Shown here one piece after another: positions 26,228 through 39,052 of a stretch of 64,000 nt of DNA; position 1 is the stretch's first letter, and each line of letters starts with the position of its first letter. The stretch is from Eledone cirrhosa. Its lineage: Eukaryota. The position numbers and the translations under genes are program-made. Location: contig OZ024747.1 of the NCBI GenBank assembly GCA_964016885.1, positions 69,564,001 through 69,628,000 of the forward strand, in the 5' to 3' direction. The notes beneath the pieces were generated by a model. It was not told where the DNA came from, ran no database searches, and saw only the letters and a list, made by a program, of their open reading frames with translations.

Positions 26228-26422
26228 GGAAAAAGAATGACCCCGACGGCAGAGCTCAAGCCGTTTCGACAGCTATTTCCAGATTTCCAGAAATTGCTGT
26301 CGGAACGGCTTGAGCTCTGCCGTCAGGGTAATTCTTTTTCCTATTACCCACTCTACTACACTTAGTATTGATTACTTTGGTGCGTTATTGTCCATCTGGT
26401 TTCTTACCACATTTCCTTTGTT
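26225..26422. mobile_element. Foldback mini-element (55-bp arms) and extension; solo terminus of the PLE family at 59.7-61.3 kb
   Basis: Arms 26225-26279 and 26290-26344; right arm plus extension resembles the reverse complement of 59730-59866; (TA)n on both sides. Confidence 0.8.
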
Positions 26423-26587
26423 ATATATATATATATAGTAATAATAATAAATTTGAAGACTGAAATCCAAAGAGGGCTCGATAAGGATAAATATATATCA
26501 AATATATAAGACATATATATATGTGTGAATGTTTAAGTATGTATATATGTATATACACACACACACACATGCGTGCATATGCATATA

Positions 26588-27778
26588 TGAGGATTGTCCC
26601 AAAACTAGGGGTACTGATCTTTTATTTAAATGTATATTAAACATAGATGAAATTACAAGTTATCTCCTTTAAAATACGACCCTTGGAAAGTCACACAGTG
26701 GTGCCAACATTTATTCCATTGTTTGATGCAGTACTGGAAGTCATTCTGTTTGAATGTCCTTAGCGCATCAGTTACAATATTTGGTGTTTTCCACTGTTCC
26801 AAAATGATGACCCTCTAACTTCGATTTCAACTTAAAGAAGAGGTAGAAATCACATGGAATTACATCTGTGCTGCAGGCATGATATGGAAGAACGTCTATA
26901 TTTTTCTTTCCCTTATGTTGGTGCAATACCCAATCTCCTGCCATATCCTTTATGACTTGCTAGACCCATTTTCTAAGTTGTTCCAAGATATCTTTGTAGA
27001 AGGTGCGATTAACTCTCTGTTCTGGAGGTAAACAGTCTTTGTGTACAATATCACGGCAGTCAAAATAAATGATAATAATTGTTTTTATCCTTGATCTGCT
27101 CATGCTCATTTCTTTGAACTCCCATGATTCATCTACTGTTATTGCTTTATTGAAGAAATTTCAATCAATTTCAAGTGTTTCTTGCAAACCCATGCAAATT
27201 GGTTTGCTTTTTGCTTGATAGACAAGTGCTTGGGCACTAGTTTTGCACAATATCTTAGCTTAAATGGTCTGTTAAAATTCTATGAATTGCATATTTAGCC
27301 AAGCCCCTTTTCTTCTGTAATCATCTTAACACTTAAATAGCAATTGTCCGCCATCATGGTTTGCACCACATTTATATTTTGTTCATTTGTTGACAAGATT
27401 CTCCTTCCAGAACGAGGTTCGTCTTCAACATTTTCTTGGCATATTTTCTTGGAAGATTTGTGCCACTTAAAAAAACATACTTTTTGACAGGAAAGCGTCT
27501 CCATAAGCTTGCATTAAAAGTTAAATATTTCAGTGTCAGATTTGTTGAGTTTCACACAAAATGTTATCACCTATTGTTGTTCAATATTTTCCTGCATAGT
27601 AAAGGTAACAGCAGTTATAAACACGTCTTAACATAAACAACTGACTCAATAGATCATGTTGAGAAAGTACGTATGTGCAGCTCAGGTTGTAACCAACTAC
27701 TTGAATACACCAACAAGCTGTTGCATTATCATCTCGTACATAGGAAAATAAGTGTGTTTACTCTTGATACAAACCTCG
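26588..27778 (-). mobile_element. Decayed full-length mariner (Tc1/mariner) transposon
   Basis: Degenerate TIRs TA-TGAGGATTGTCCCAAAACT / ACTCTTGATACAAACCTCG-TA; transposase relic FFKWHK..ENVEDEPRSGR..NINVV, CAKLVPKHL; about 1.2 kb. Confidence 0.85.
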
Positions 27779-30499
27779 TATATATATATATATATATATA
27801 CACAAAAATGTTATTTCCTTAGCTAAATTTATATATATATATGCTTATATGCATATATATGAGTGTATATTTGGATATGTGTGTGTACATGTATATATAT
27901 GTACATGTATGTGTGTATCTGTATGTGAGTGGATGTATGCATGCATACAGACTTGGACATGCATATATGATAGCTCTAAGAATACGTGGGAGGCTGTGCT
28001 ATAAAAGACCCATTTAACCCATGCAAAAATGGAAAAAAATGGACAAAAGTAGGAGGAAATGAGCATAGGGAGGATGTCTCTAGCTACCAGTATGCTCCTT
28101 ATTAATCCTATTACCCACCTTCCTCTATCTTAAGCCTGAAGAAGCAGAGATATTAAATTACAATCAGGCTCCCCCTTGCCATTATACTCCCAATTTCTCT
28201 GCTCTTCTTTCCTCATCAAACCCATACTAGCATGGAAAGCTAGGGCAACCTTCTCTGATCATAATTTGCTGAAGCTCACTGAGTAGATGATGAAGAAAGG
28301 CAGTAAATGGAGCGAAGCTGTGCTGGAGAAGACCCATCCAACTAATGCAAGTATAGAAAAGCAGATTTAAAATGATGATGAGAGAGGGGGGGGGGTAGCA
28401 TGAAGAGAGATGTATGTATCTGTGTACATTAAGTATTTTTCAATTTCTGATTTGTTTATATATCTATGATCAGTATGTATAGGTAAATATAATTTATATG
28501 TATTGTGAAATATTCACACATAAGCACACCTCACAAGTCCACAAAAACAGAAAAACACACACAAATACAGATGTGAAAGAATAATAGATGAGTTTCAATT
28601 ACGGTATATTTAAGAGTGTTCCATACTGTTTTTAAGAAAAACAGTCAATCTTGAGCTTGCCACAACACATAGTTGGAATGGATGCCTCACAACATAGTAA
28701 ATTGGTAATTATTGATAAATGAGGCAGCACTTAGATATGGGAAATTTATGAAGAAAATGGTGAATGCTAATCTTTTGGAATGATGATTGTCAGTGCATCT
28801 GTTTGAGGATAAGGTAGCTTTGACCTTTGACATTGAAGGAAAATACCAATGTTATGATTATTGATGATAGAGTCCCACTAATAAATCAATGTTCGCCTAA
28901 CAATATAGTTTATTAGATTTTTGCAACATTATATATCAACTACTTGATAGAAATCCTTTAGAATGGTTTACATTTCACACAGTTAATAGCTCAGAAAGAG
29001 GATTTGAAACAAAAATTTAATTCATTATGCTACCTTTCTCACCATATTTAAGAATGCTATTTAGCTTCGCAAGTAACAAGGTTGATTTTCCAAAGTTCAC
29101 CAAACTGGAAATAATTCTTTTGACATCAAGTGAAATCTCAGGATTATTGTAATTATTGTAGCATAACTGGGCATACTATCAAACAGTATCTTTGTTCCTC
29201 AAATCTACTGTAAGTTTAATTATTATACTCTTGCCAATATGGTGCATGGTAGAGTGTAGGAAGAAAGAGGCTAGCAGGGTGGTAAAATAGTTGTTGCATG
29301 GTGATGCTACTCTACTGGTGTATATACTTATGATGATGTGTCCTACTTCCTCATCATCAGCATCAATAACTGCTGCAGCAGTGACAGCAATGACATTGGC
29401 ATCCCACTCACATACCCCACCATTACCTGCCACATCACCAGCTTGCCACCACAACCACCATCCTCATAACTATTGTCATCATAATCATCATCTTCTCTAT
29501 CACTATTATCATCATCAACAGAAACCCTACTGTCATCATAATCACCACCATCCACATCATCAATGACATTGACATCACCCCCACCACCATCATGGTCCTC
29601 ATCACCAACTTGATCTCTGCCTTCATAATTGTGATTACCAACTTCATCTTCCTCATCACCACCATTTCTGGTTTCAAAATCCTTAACAACAAAAACAACT
29701 GTAGCAAGTACTTGCACAGCACCAACTCAACATAGCTACAATAACAAACATAAGCAAGCCAATCATCATTTAGAGGGAAAAAAGGGGATGAAGGAGAGAA
29801 GAGGTGATGGATAGGGTTCCATATTTGCATGAGATATCTCCCCCTTTACTTGCCTTTACTTTCATAACAACATATTTTGGAAAGTTGCCATAGTGAAAAA
29901 TGATTACAGGTGAGGTGACATACATAGACTCAAAATCTTTCTCTCTCTCTCTCTCATACACACTTACATACTTCTCTCTTCTTTTATTGTTTGCCCTCTC
30001 TTGAATGTGTGGGGTTCATAACTGAATGCAAAACTGTGTTGAGAGGGACATTCACTGTGATTAGGAGTGAAGGGAGAAATCATGCTGCTTAGGATTCTGA
30101 TAGACAGAGAAATAATTGCCAGTACATTAATATATTTTCGTCAGAGAAGACAGGCTGACAAAAGCAAAAGACTTATTCTACACGTGAACAAACACATTTT
30201 AGATAGATGTCAGAGCTAGTACCATCATAGTTAGAAATTACACTGGCTACATCAGTAAACATTTCAATGCTTACTTCAGTGTAAATGATGAATCAGTTTC
30301 AATACACAAATACTTCCTTTTCACAGCATCTAGCTATAATGTAAGAATAATTAAAATAAGAGATTATTCAAAACATAAATTAATACACAAATTAATTAAC
30401 AAAAACGGAAAGTATAATAAACTACCAGAAATTTACAATACTATAATGTTCCTCACCTTTTTATTTTTATATTTTATTTTTTATTGTCACCAACACAAT

Positions 30500-30709
30500 G
30501 GTGGTGAATTGGCAATATTGGTAGAGTGCCGAACAACATGTTTTGTGGGATATAGTTATGGCCCTTGACATCTGAGTGAAAATCCAACTTTACCTTTCAT
30601 CCTTATGGGGTTGATAAACATAAAGTACCAGTAATGCACCAGGTTTGATTTAATCAACTTTTCCCTCCCCCAAAGATTGTTCGTTGTGTACCTAAATCAG
30701 AAACCATTA
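30500..30709 (+). mobile_element. Degenerate SINE family A
   Basis: Family A central block CTTTACCTTTCATCCTTATGGGGTTGATAAA..AAAGTACCAG. Confidence 0.75.
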
Positions 30710-31397
30710 TCACCAACATCAATGCCTATGCTAGAAGGGCCTAAATCCACAGATCTATAAATTTCTATAGCAAGCAGGTCAGAAATTTCAAGGAAGAGAA
30801 CAGAAGTGAACTTGACTTGTACTTTATTTTATTGAACCTGGCAAAGTTGACATTGATGGAATTTTTAATTCAGAATGTGAATAGGTGAAAAACACACCAC
30901 AAAATATTTTGTTCGATGCTCTACAGATTCTGCTGATTCAGTGCCCTAAAATTCATAATGAAGTGATTGATAGAATTATTAAAGTGTCAGACTCAATGTA
31001 TTGTAATATTTGTTACTAGCCTTTATGTTTTGAAATTAAATCATATTTAGTTTGACTATGCCATTTATATATATATATATGCAATCCATAAAATACAGTA
31101 CTAGTCATTTACTGAGTTAATTTAATTTACAGGATTTTTCAAGCAAGAGATTGAGAACCCTGAATGGATGTTCCTAAAGTTATATGTATTTTAAGAGTAG
31201 ATGATCAACAGCATCACAGATTCTTAGCTTTGAAATTAATAATTAAACTCAATTAGAACAATGCCCCACAAATCCTAAAATTTCAATAATTTTGTGTTGC
31301 ATCTATCATTATCTGCAATGCAAGAAATAATTACTAGCAAAAAAAAAAAAAAAAAAAAAATAGAAGGAAAAAATTGTAAGCCTGTTTGAAATAACAT

Positions 31398-31425
31398 TAT
31401 ATATATCTATATATATCTCTATATA

Positions 31426-31477
<52 letters not shown>

Positions 31478-31910
31478 TATATATGTATATATATCTATCT
31501 AAGGCGGGTAAAATTCCCGAGATCCATGGACGAGTTCTCTCCAGCGGTCTCTGTCCCTCATTATCGCTGCCATGTCCTGCGTCTCCAACAGACCAGTGTC
31601 TGTCCTTAGGGCATCAACATACATTAACCTTGGTCTTCCTCTTCTAGTGTGTCCATGTAGGGGTATATGTATATATATATATATATATATATACATATAT
31701 ATGTATATATATATATATGTATATATGTATATATATATGTATATATACATATATATGTATATGTATATATACATATATATGTATGTTATCCATGTGCAAC
31801 CAGGCAGTATTCTTCTCCCCATATTTTTCACATATATGTATATATATATATGTATATATGTATATATATGTATATATGTATATATATATATGTATATATA
31901 CATATATATG

Positions 31911-31964
<54 letters not shown>

Positions 31965-31984
31965 TATGTATATATATATACATA

Positions 31985-32052
<68 letters not shown>

Positions 32053-32056
32053 TATG

Positions 32057-32104
<48 letters not shown>

Positions 32105-32297
32105 TATGTATATATATATACATATATATGTATATATATATATGTATATGTATATATATATACATATATATGTATATATATATATGTGTATATGTATATA
32201 TATATATGTGTATATGTATATATATATATATATGTATATATGTATATATACATATATATGTGTATATATATATATGTATATATATATATATACATAT
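31398..32297. repeat. Compound (TA)n/(TATG)n microsatellite containing inserted fragments
   Basis: Direct reading. Confidence 0.95.
31499..31664 (-). mobile_element. 3' end of a second RTE-type LINE family (heavily 5'-truncated)
   Basis: [35 protein letters not shown], a typical RTE C-terminus; no (GAT)n tail. Confidence 0.75.
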
Positions 32298-34640
32298 AGG
32301 AAAACCGTGATATTGTCGGGGAGAAGTGTGTGCTTAACGATGATGGCATACTTGCCATCACCGACGCTGATAAGAAGGTAGCTTGGAAGTGTCACTACGA
32401 AAGGCTTCTAAATGAGGAGAACAAATGGGAGAAAGACAGTCTCCCCCACATCGACCCAATAGAGGGACCAGCAGTGTTAGTCCAGGGTAGTACAATAAGC
32501 AAGGCAATCAAAGATATGAAGACGGGTAAGGCGGCTGGTCCTTCGGAAATAGTTGCTGAGATGCTGAAGGCATCTGGTTCGGTGGGACACACCATGGTCA
32601 CCCGGATAGTTAACCAAGTCGTACAGAATGGGGTTGTTCCGAAGGACTGGCGTAGCAGCATCATCGTTAACTGCTATAAGGGAAAAGGAGATGCCCTAGA
32701 TAGGAGTAACTATAGAGGCATTAAATTAATCGACCAGGTCATGAAGGTCACGGAAAAAGTAATAGCGCAACTAATCAGAGAGAGAATTGATCTAGATGAA
32801 ATGCAGTTCGGGTTTGTGTCAGGCAAAAGTACCACAGACGCTCTTTTCATTGTACGACAACTACAGGAGAAGTACCTAGCTAAAAGTAAACCCCTATACT
32901 TAGCTTTCGTCGACTTGGAGAAAGCCTTCGACAGAGTCCCCCGCTCCATTATCTGGTGGTCTCTTAGAAAACTAGGTGTTGACGAATGGCTTGTGAGAGC
33001 TATACAAGCCATGTATAAAGAAACAGTCAGTAAGGTTAGAATTAACAACGAATATAGTGAAGAGTTTAGCGTAAAAGTTGGTGTCCATCAGGGCTCTGTT
33101 CTTAGCCCCCTACTATTTATTATTGCCCTTCAGGCTATAACAGAGGAGTTCAAGACCGGCTGCCCATGGGAACTCCTATACGCAGATGATCTAACGCTCA
33201 TAGCTGAATCAATGACCGAACTAGAGAAGAAATTCCAAACATGGAAGCACGGCCTAGAATCAAAAGGCCTTAAAATTAACCTGGCTAAGACAAAAGTTCT
33301 AGTTTGTAGGAAAGAAAATATGGCGGCAGTCCCATCTGGGAAATGGCCATGCTCAGTGTGTAGGAAAGGCGTAGGTAGAAACTCCATTTTATGTCCCAAA
33401 TGCAAAGTATGGGTGCATAAAAGATGTAGTGGGATCACAGGTAAGCTAACTAAGAACATAGATTTTACATGTGGCCGGTGCTCTGGTGCAATAAGCAGCA
33501 GCAAGTGCCCACAAAATACTAGCTCCTTCAACTGCGCAGAGGGTTCTATAGAAATAGTGGACAGCTTCCGTTACCTGGGTGACAAAATCAGCAGTGGGGG
33601 AGGGTGCTCTGAAAGTACAGTAGCTAGAGTCAGAACTGGATGGAAAAAGTTCAGAGAGCTTATACCACTATTAGCCGCTAGAGGGTTCTCCCTAAAAATG
33701 AAAGGCAGGTTATACGATGCCTGCATACGAACAGCAATGCTGCATGGCAGTGAGACCTGGGCATCGTGTGCAGAGGTTATACGCAGACTAGAGAGGAACG
33801 AAGCTTGCATGCTCCGCTGGATGTGCAATAGTAATATACGTGAACAGCAAAGCATAAACGAACTAAGGAAAAAATTAGAAATAAGAGGGATCAGATGTTG
33901 TTTACTCGAGAGAAGGCTACGTTGGTACGGTCACGTGATGCGCATGAAAGACGACAGCTGTATAACAAAGTGCAGGGCAATAAAGATAGACGGTAGCCAC
34001 GGAGTAGGCAGACCCAGAAAAACATGGTACGAGCTGATAAATTCCGACCTCACACGCTTACACCTCTCCAAGACAATGTCACTGGACCGAGACCTTTGGC
34101 GGTACTCAGTAATAGAGAAGACCCGCCTTACCTAAATACAAAGTAAAAACCTACTACAGTCAGTAGGCATCTCTATCAAAACACCCCCCCGTCCCACCAC
34201 CTCCACCCCATCCACACCGCCCCTTTCAATGTACAGTTATGTTGGTCCCACAACATCCAGGCCGAAACAAATGAGATCGTGTAGGTGTCACGACAAAAAA
34301 ACACACAGTCCACGCTGTAAATGTGGCCGTGTAGGCAACACGGTAAAAACCTCCCAGCCCCACACTGTAAATGTGGTTGGTGTTAGGAAGGGCATCCAGC
34401 TGTAGAAAACCCGCCAGACAGTCCACGCTGTAATGTGGCCGTGTAGGCAACACGGTAAAAACCTCCCAGCCCCACACTGTAAATGTGGTTGGTGTTAGGA
34501 AGGGCATCCAACTGTAGAAAACCCGCCAGACAGTCCTATGCGAGCAAGACAACCACTCTTGCCTCAAGTGGGAAAACCCCCGTCCAAACTCATGCAAGCG
34601 TGGAACACGGACGCTAAACCTGATGATGATGATGATGATG
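32298..34640 (+). mobile_element. Young 5'-truncated RTE-clade LINE with repeat-containing 3' UTR and (GAT)n tail
   Basis: Intact RT frame, ~500-bp 3' UTR with duplicated ~112-bp unit, (TGA)n tail, TA microsatellite on both sides. Confidence 0.95.
32300..34135 (+). CDS. RTE LINE reverse transcriptase (endonuclease domain missing), with C4HC3 PHD-like insertion
   Basis: [70 protein letters not shown]; frame open from the microsatellite junction. Confidence 0.95.
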   Translation, partial: ENRDIVGEKCVLNDDGILAITDADKKVAWKCHYERLLNEENKWEKDSLPHIDPIEGPAVLVQGSTISKAIKDMKTGKAAGPSEIVAEMLKASGSVGHTMVTRIVNQVVQNGVVPKDWRSSIIVNCYKGKGDALDRSNYRGIKLIDQVMKVTEKVIAQLIRERIDLDEMQFGFVSGKSTTDALFIVRQLQEKYLAKSKPLYLAFVDLEKAFDRVPRSIIWWSLRKLGVDEWLVRAIQAMYKETVSKVRINNEYSEEFSVKVGVHQGSVLSPLLFIIALQAITEEFKTGCPWELLYADDLTLIAESMTELEKKFQTWKHGLESKGLKINLAKTKVLVCRKENMAAVPSGKWPCSVCRKGVGRNSILCPKCKVWVHKRCSGITGKLTKNIDFTCGRCSGAISSSKCPQNTSSFNCAEGSIEIVDSFRYLGDKISSGGGCSESTVARVRTGWKKFRELIPLLAARGFSLKMKGRLYDACIRTAMLHGSETWASCAEVIRRLERNEACMLRWMCNSNIREQQSINELRKKLEIRGIRCCLLERRLRWYGHVMRMKDDSCITKCRAIKIDGSHGVGRPRKTWYELINSDLTRLHLSKTMSLDRDLWRYSVIEKTRLT

Positions 34641-34901
34641 ACATATGTGTATATATATATGTGTATATATATATATATGTATATGTATATATGTATATAT
34701 ATATATATGTATATATATATATGTATATATATATATGTATATATATACACATATGTATATATATATATGTATATATATATATTTACACACACTCCAGAGT
34801 AATAAATCTCACTATTTAGCCTTAATAAAATGATATATATATTTACAAATTTCTCCTCACCCTTGCCTGTTTTTCCTAATTAAAAATGTTATACTATATA
34901 T

Positions 34902-35190
34902 ATCATCATCATCATCATCATTTTTCCATGCTAGCAGGGGTTAGATGAGTTGTCCTGTTGTGAGAAATACCAGGTCAGGTGACCATGTCTTGCTCATACA
35001 GAACTGATTTTGGCTTGGTTTCTACAGCTAGATACCCTTCCTAACACCAACCACATTTACAGTGAATACTAGGTGCTTTTTGTCACGATACCTACACAAC
35101 CACTTTACAGTGTGGGCCGGATGCTTTGTGTTGTGACACCCACACAATCACATTACCATGTGGGCTGGGTGCTTTTTATCATGACACCTA
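34902..35190 (-). mobile_element. Older RTE 3' UTR fragment
   Basis: (CAT)n, CCATGCTAGCA, CCCTTCCTAACACCAACCACATTTACAGTG and degenerate subunits. Confidence 0.7.
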
Positions 35191-37027
35191 TATATGTAAA
35201 CCATATGCTTTAGCAATTCATCTACAATTGTACAACACTCAATTCAATGTTGACATAGCTGTAACATTTGAGAACATAATAAGTAACTAAATAAATAAAT
35301 GAAGTTGTAGAAAATAATGTGTTTATCTATGTTATAGGAAAGAATCCATTTTCTCGAAAATCCAACTATACGGATTTTATAGCTTTACTTTCCAATATAG
35401 TAGAATATACAAAGCAAACAAACTAATATGTTTGCTTTTTTTATCTTCATGTTTTACTTTCATTTACTAAGCTTCAAGAAGTATTTATCTACATATCCAT
35501 TTTAATGTTGTCTTTGTTGAACTCAAGGATTAATGTTAAACATTTTAGAAAGAGTAATATTTTCTATGTATGGATTTAATTGATTCAGTAGACATGTTAC
35601 TATTTGAAAATATATAGATAGTAAATAATATTGCTCGTTATTTTTTGATATTTGTACACACAAAGAGAGAGAGAGACACACACACATAAACGCATGCCCC
35701 CCCCCCCCCCCCACACACACACAGATACATATCCACATGATTCAGATACACACCCACATGATTCATCATCATCATCATCATCATCACCGTTTTACGTCCG
35801 TTCTTCCACGCTAGCATGGGTTAGACAGTTACTAAATTTTATTACCGAAAGAGACAGCTATTTCTTTGAATTGTAAATAATATAAATCTTATACAACTTC
35901 CCAGCCAGTTTTATCCTGATTTACATAATAAATATCTTGATTCTGATTCTCTACTTTTATTCTGACAAAGAAAATAACAATTTGTTAAAATATATCAAAA
36001 GAAATGAAGAAACACAATTGTTTGTAGCCTATTTTCTGTAAGCAATGTCTTTTCAAACACAACTTGCTATTTCTTGGTTGAGTGCAATCTTTGGAAATCT
36101 GTTAAGGTAGAATGATAATAAAACATGATGCCATTGCTACATCATGCATAGCACTGTTTATGCTGATTACATAGAGTAATCAAAACGCAATCATGTGTTC
36201 TATAGTTTCAGACAGATCTTTCAAAATATTCTTAGGACATTTTTCCATCCCCTACCATCTTTCTAATCATATCTTCTGTCAATGCCACTACGAGGAACCA
36301 TCATTATCATTGCCAATCTTTCATTATGAACATCACTAAACTCAGTGGTTCCCATCATTGCAGCCATCAAGGACACACATAATCTCAGTCATTTCTTTTA
36401 CTACTAATAGCTTCCAACAGTACACTGCGCCCAGTCTTTGTAACTTACGGTACTAAAAATTACTAGATTAATTAAAATGGTTATGAGTATCACATTTATA
36501 GCAATTACTTAGTAATCCTCACTAATGTTCTCTTAAATTAATCTTTTACAGTTGACAAATCTAATCAACAATGAAGTCCAGCAGTCTCCCATGCAACATC
36601 ATATCAATCTATTGCTTGATTCTTTCAATGTATTGCATCCTTATTAAATTATATTCTTCTGTAAATAGTGAATTAATGAAATCAAACAGAAAACTATTGC
36701 TAAAGTTATTGCTGGCTGGTCAGGACAACAATGTAGTTGACAGACTCTTAGATGATATAGCTATTTAGAGGTAAAATTTAGCCAGCATCTAATCTCATTT
36801 TTAATAAGACCTTCCCACCTCCAACAAAGAAACACAAAAACTAATAACAATAGTAATGTCATCATATTGTTAATATGATTTAAATGTAATTTTATTTTGT
36901 TGATGTTGCTGTCGATGTTTAATGCCAGATCAGCTCTGATCATACAGACCTACAATCAGAAATCCTTCAGCCATAACCACCCTGTCATTTTTACAGATAT
37001 AACCCATGTCTAGGACACATTATCTAA

Positions 37028-37216
37028 TGGTGGATTGGCAGTATCAGTAGAGGGTTGGAGGCCATACTTTGCAGCAAAGAGTTACGGCCCTTTATGGTCT
37101 GAGTTCAAATCCCGCCGAGGTTAACTTTGCCTTTCATTCTTATGAGGTCGATAAAATAAAGTACCAGTAATACACTGGAATAATTTCTGGCCTTGTGCCA
37201 AAAGTAGAAACAATTA
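37028..37216 (+). mobile_element. tRNA-derived SINE family A
   Basis: Family A consensus; TTATCTAATG on both sides (likely TSD). Confidence 0.9.
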
Positions 37217-37458
37217 TCTAATGTGTACTCTCTTCTTTTAGGGTGTGATTTGAAAATGATTTGACTGGTATTTCTAGTAATGGTAGTTAATGTTAATGTA
37301 AAAGTATTTGTTGTGATAGTTGCTCATATAGTATTACTATGATTATTGTCTTTGATGATACAATGTTCATGATGATTATGATGATTATGAGGGAGAGGAG
37401 GAACATTTCTTTCTATGGGAGAAGTCCAAACAGATTTTATAATAAGAATTGTTTCTGG

Positions 37459-38064
37459 ATAATTTGAAGGGGAGGGGAAAGTCGATTAAATCAACCCCAA
37501 TGCATTACTGGTGCTTTACTTATCGACCCTGTAAGGATGAAAGGCAAAGCTAACCTCAGTGGGATTTGAACTCAGAACATAACTCTCTGTCGTGAAGCAG
37601 GGTGTCCGATGCTCAACAGATACTACCAATCCACTACCCTAATAAAGATTTCTAGTATAGGCTCAAGGCCAGTAATTTGGTGGGAGGGGAAAGTCAATTA
37701 AATTGATCCCAGTACGTTACTGGTGCTTTATTTTATCGACCCCGTAAGGATTAAAGGCAAAGTTAATTTTGGCGGGATTTGAACTCAGACCATAAAGGGC
37801 CGTAACTCTATGCTGCAAAGCATGGCATCTGATCCTCTACCATTACTGCCAATCCACTGCCCTTATAATAATAAAGATAATAATTGTTTCTACTTTTGGC
37901 ACAAGGCCAGCAATTATCCCAGTGGTACTTTATTTTATCGACCCCGTAAGGATGAAAGGCAAAGTTAACCTCGGTGGGATTTGAACTCAGACCATAAAGG
38001 GCCGTAACTCTTTGCTGCAAAGCATGGCGTCCAACCCTCTATCGATACTGCCAATCCACCGCCC
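37459..38064 (-). mobile_element. Head-to-tail array of three family A SINEs
   Basis: Copies at about 37459-37640, 37647-37863 and 37881-38064, separated by AATAAAGAT(AAT) linkers. Confidence 0.9.
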
Positions 38065-38081
38065 TAATAAAGATAATAATA

Positions 38082-38690
38082 AGGCAGTCTCCATTGAGAA
38101 GATTGTGTGGAGTAACAGGAGAAGAGGTGACCCACATAGTGCATGTTGTGTATTAACTAAAGTGCACAAAGGGAGACATGATAATATCATGCAAATTGTA
38201 CATTGGAAACTATGTGGAAAGTTTGGGCTGGAGAGATCCAAATTATGGAGCACAAACCTAAGGCTATGCTGGAAAATCAAAGTGTGAAGCTTTTATAGGA
38301 TTTCAATATTCAATGTGATGAGAATATCACAGCAAGACGATGATCTGATACTGGTAGACAACGAAAGAAAGCATTGTCTCTTGATTGGCATAGAAATATC
38401 TGGAATTGACAAGGAGGATGAAAAAAGGAAATCAAGTAAGTTTGGGAATTAAATAGAGTGTAAGTTATTCTGGTAATTGTTGGAGCTTTTGGTGTCATGA
38501 TAAAAATTATGCAAAATTGGTGTTAAAATGTGTACAAAAGACTGCACTCCTGGGAACAACCAGAATTTTGAGAAGGTACAACAAATATAGTGGTTGATGA
38601 AATGTTGGACCCTTGGTCATTTGTTATGACTTGCTCCTGCAATGTAATTTTGATGACTGAGGATCAGTCTGAGTATGAGGAAATAATATG
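38082..38690 (+). mobile_element. R4/Dong-type (restriction-like endonuclease) LINE 3' relic
   Basis: RLCG..VTHIV, KGRHDNIMQIVHWKLCGKFGL, DFNIQCDENITARR.DLILVD, VIVGAFG, QKTALLGTTRILRR. Confidence 0.8.
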
Positions 38691-38709
38691 ACCTTAAGAC
38701 TTGATGTGA

Positions 38710-39052
38710 AGTTTCATGGATTAGTGGTTAAGGAATAGGGCCTGCAATCGTGAGGTAAGTTTGATTCCTGGACCAGGCTGAGCATTGTGTTCTTGAGCAA
38801 AATACTTTGTTTCACATTGCTCCAGTTTACTCTGCTGTAGAAATGAGTTGTGATGTGACTGGTGCCAATTGCCAATCTGTATTGGCCATTGCCTTTCCCT
38901 TGGACAATTTCAATGGTGTGGAGAGAGAAAACCGGTATACATGGGTGACTGCTGGTCTTCTACAAACAATACCTTGCCTGGACTTGTGCCTCAGATGTGA
39001 ACTTTCTAGGTGCAAATCCCATGGTTATTCGTGACCAAAAGGGGTCTTTACT
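38710..39052 (+). mobile_element. tRNA-derived SINE family B
   Basis: TGGATTAGTGGTTAAG, GTTTGATTCC, TGTGTTCTTGAGCAAAATACTTTGTTTCAC. Confidence 0.7.
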
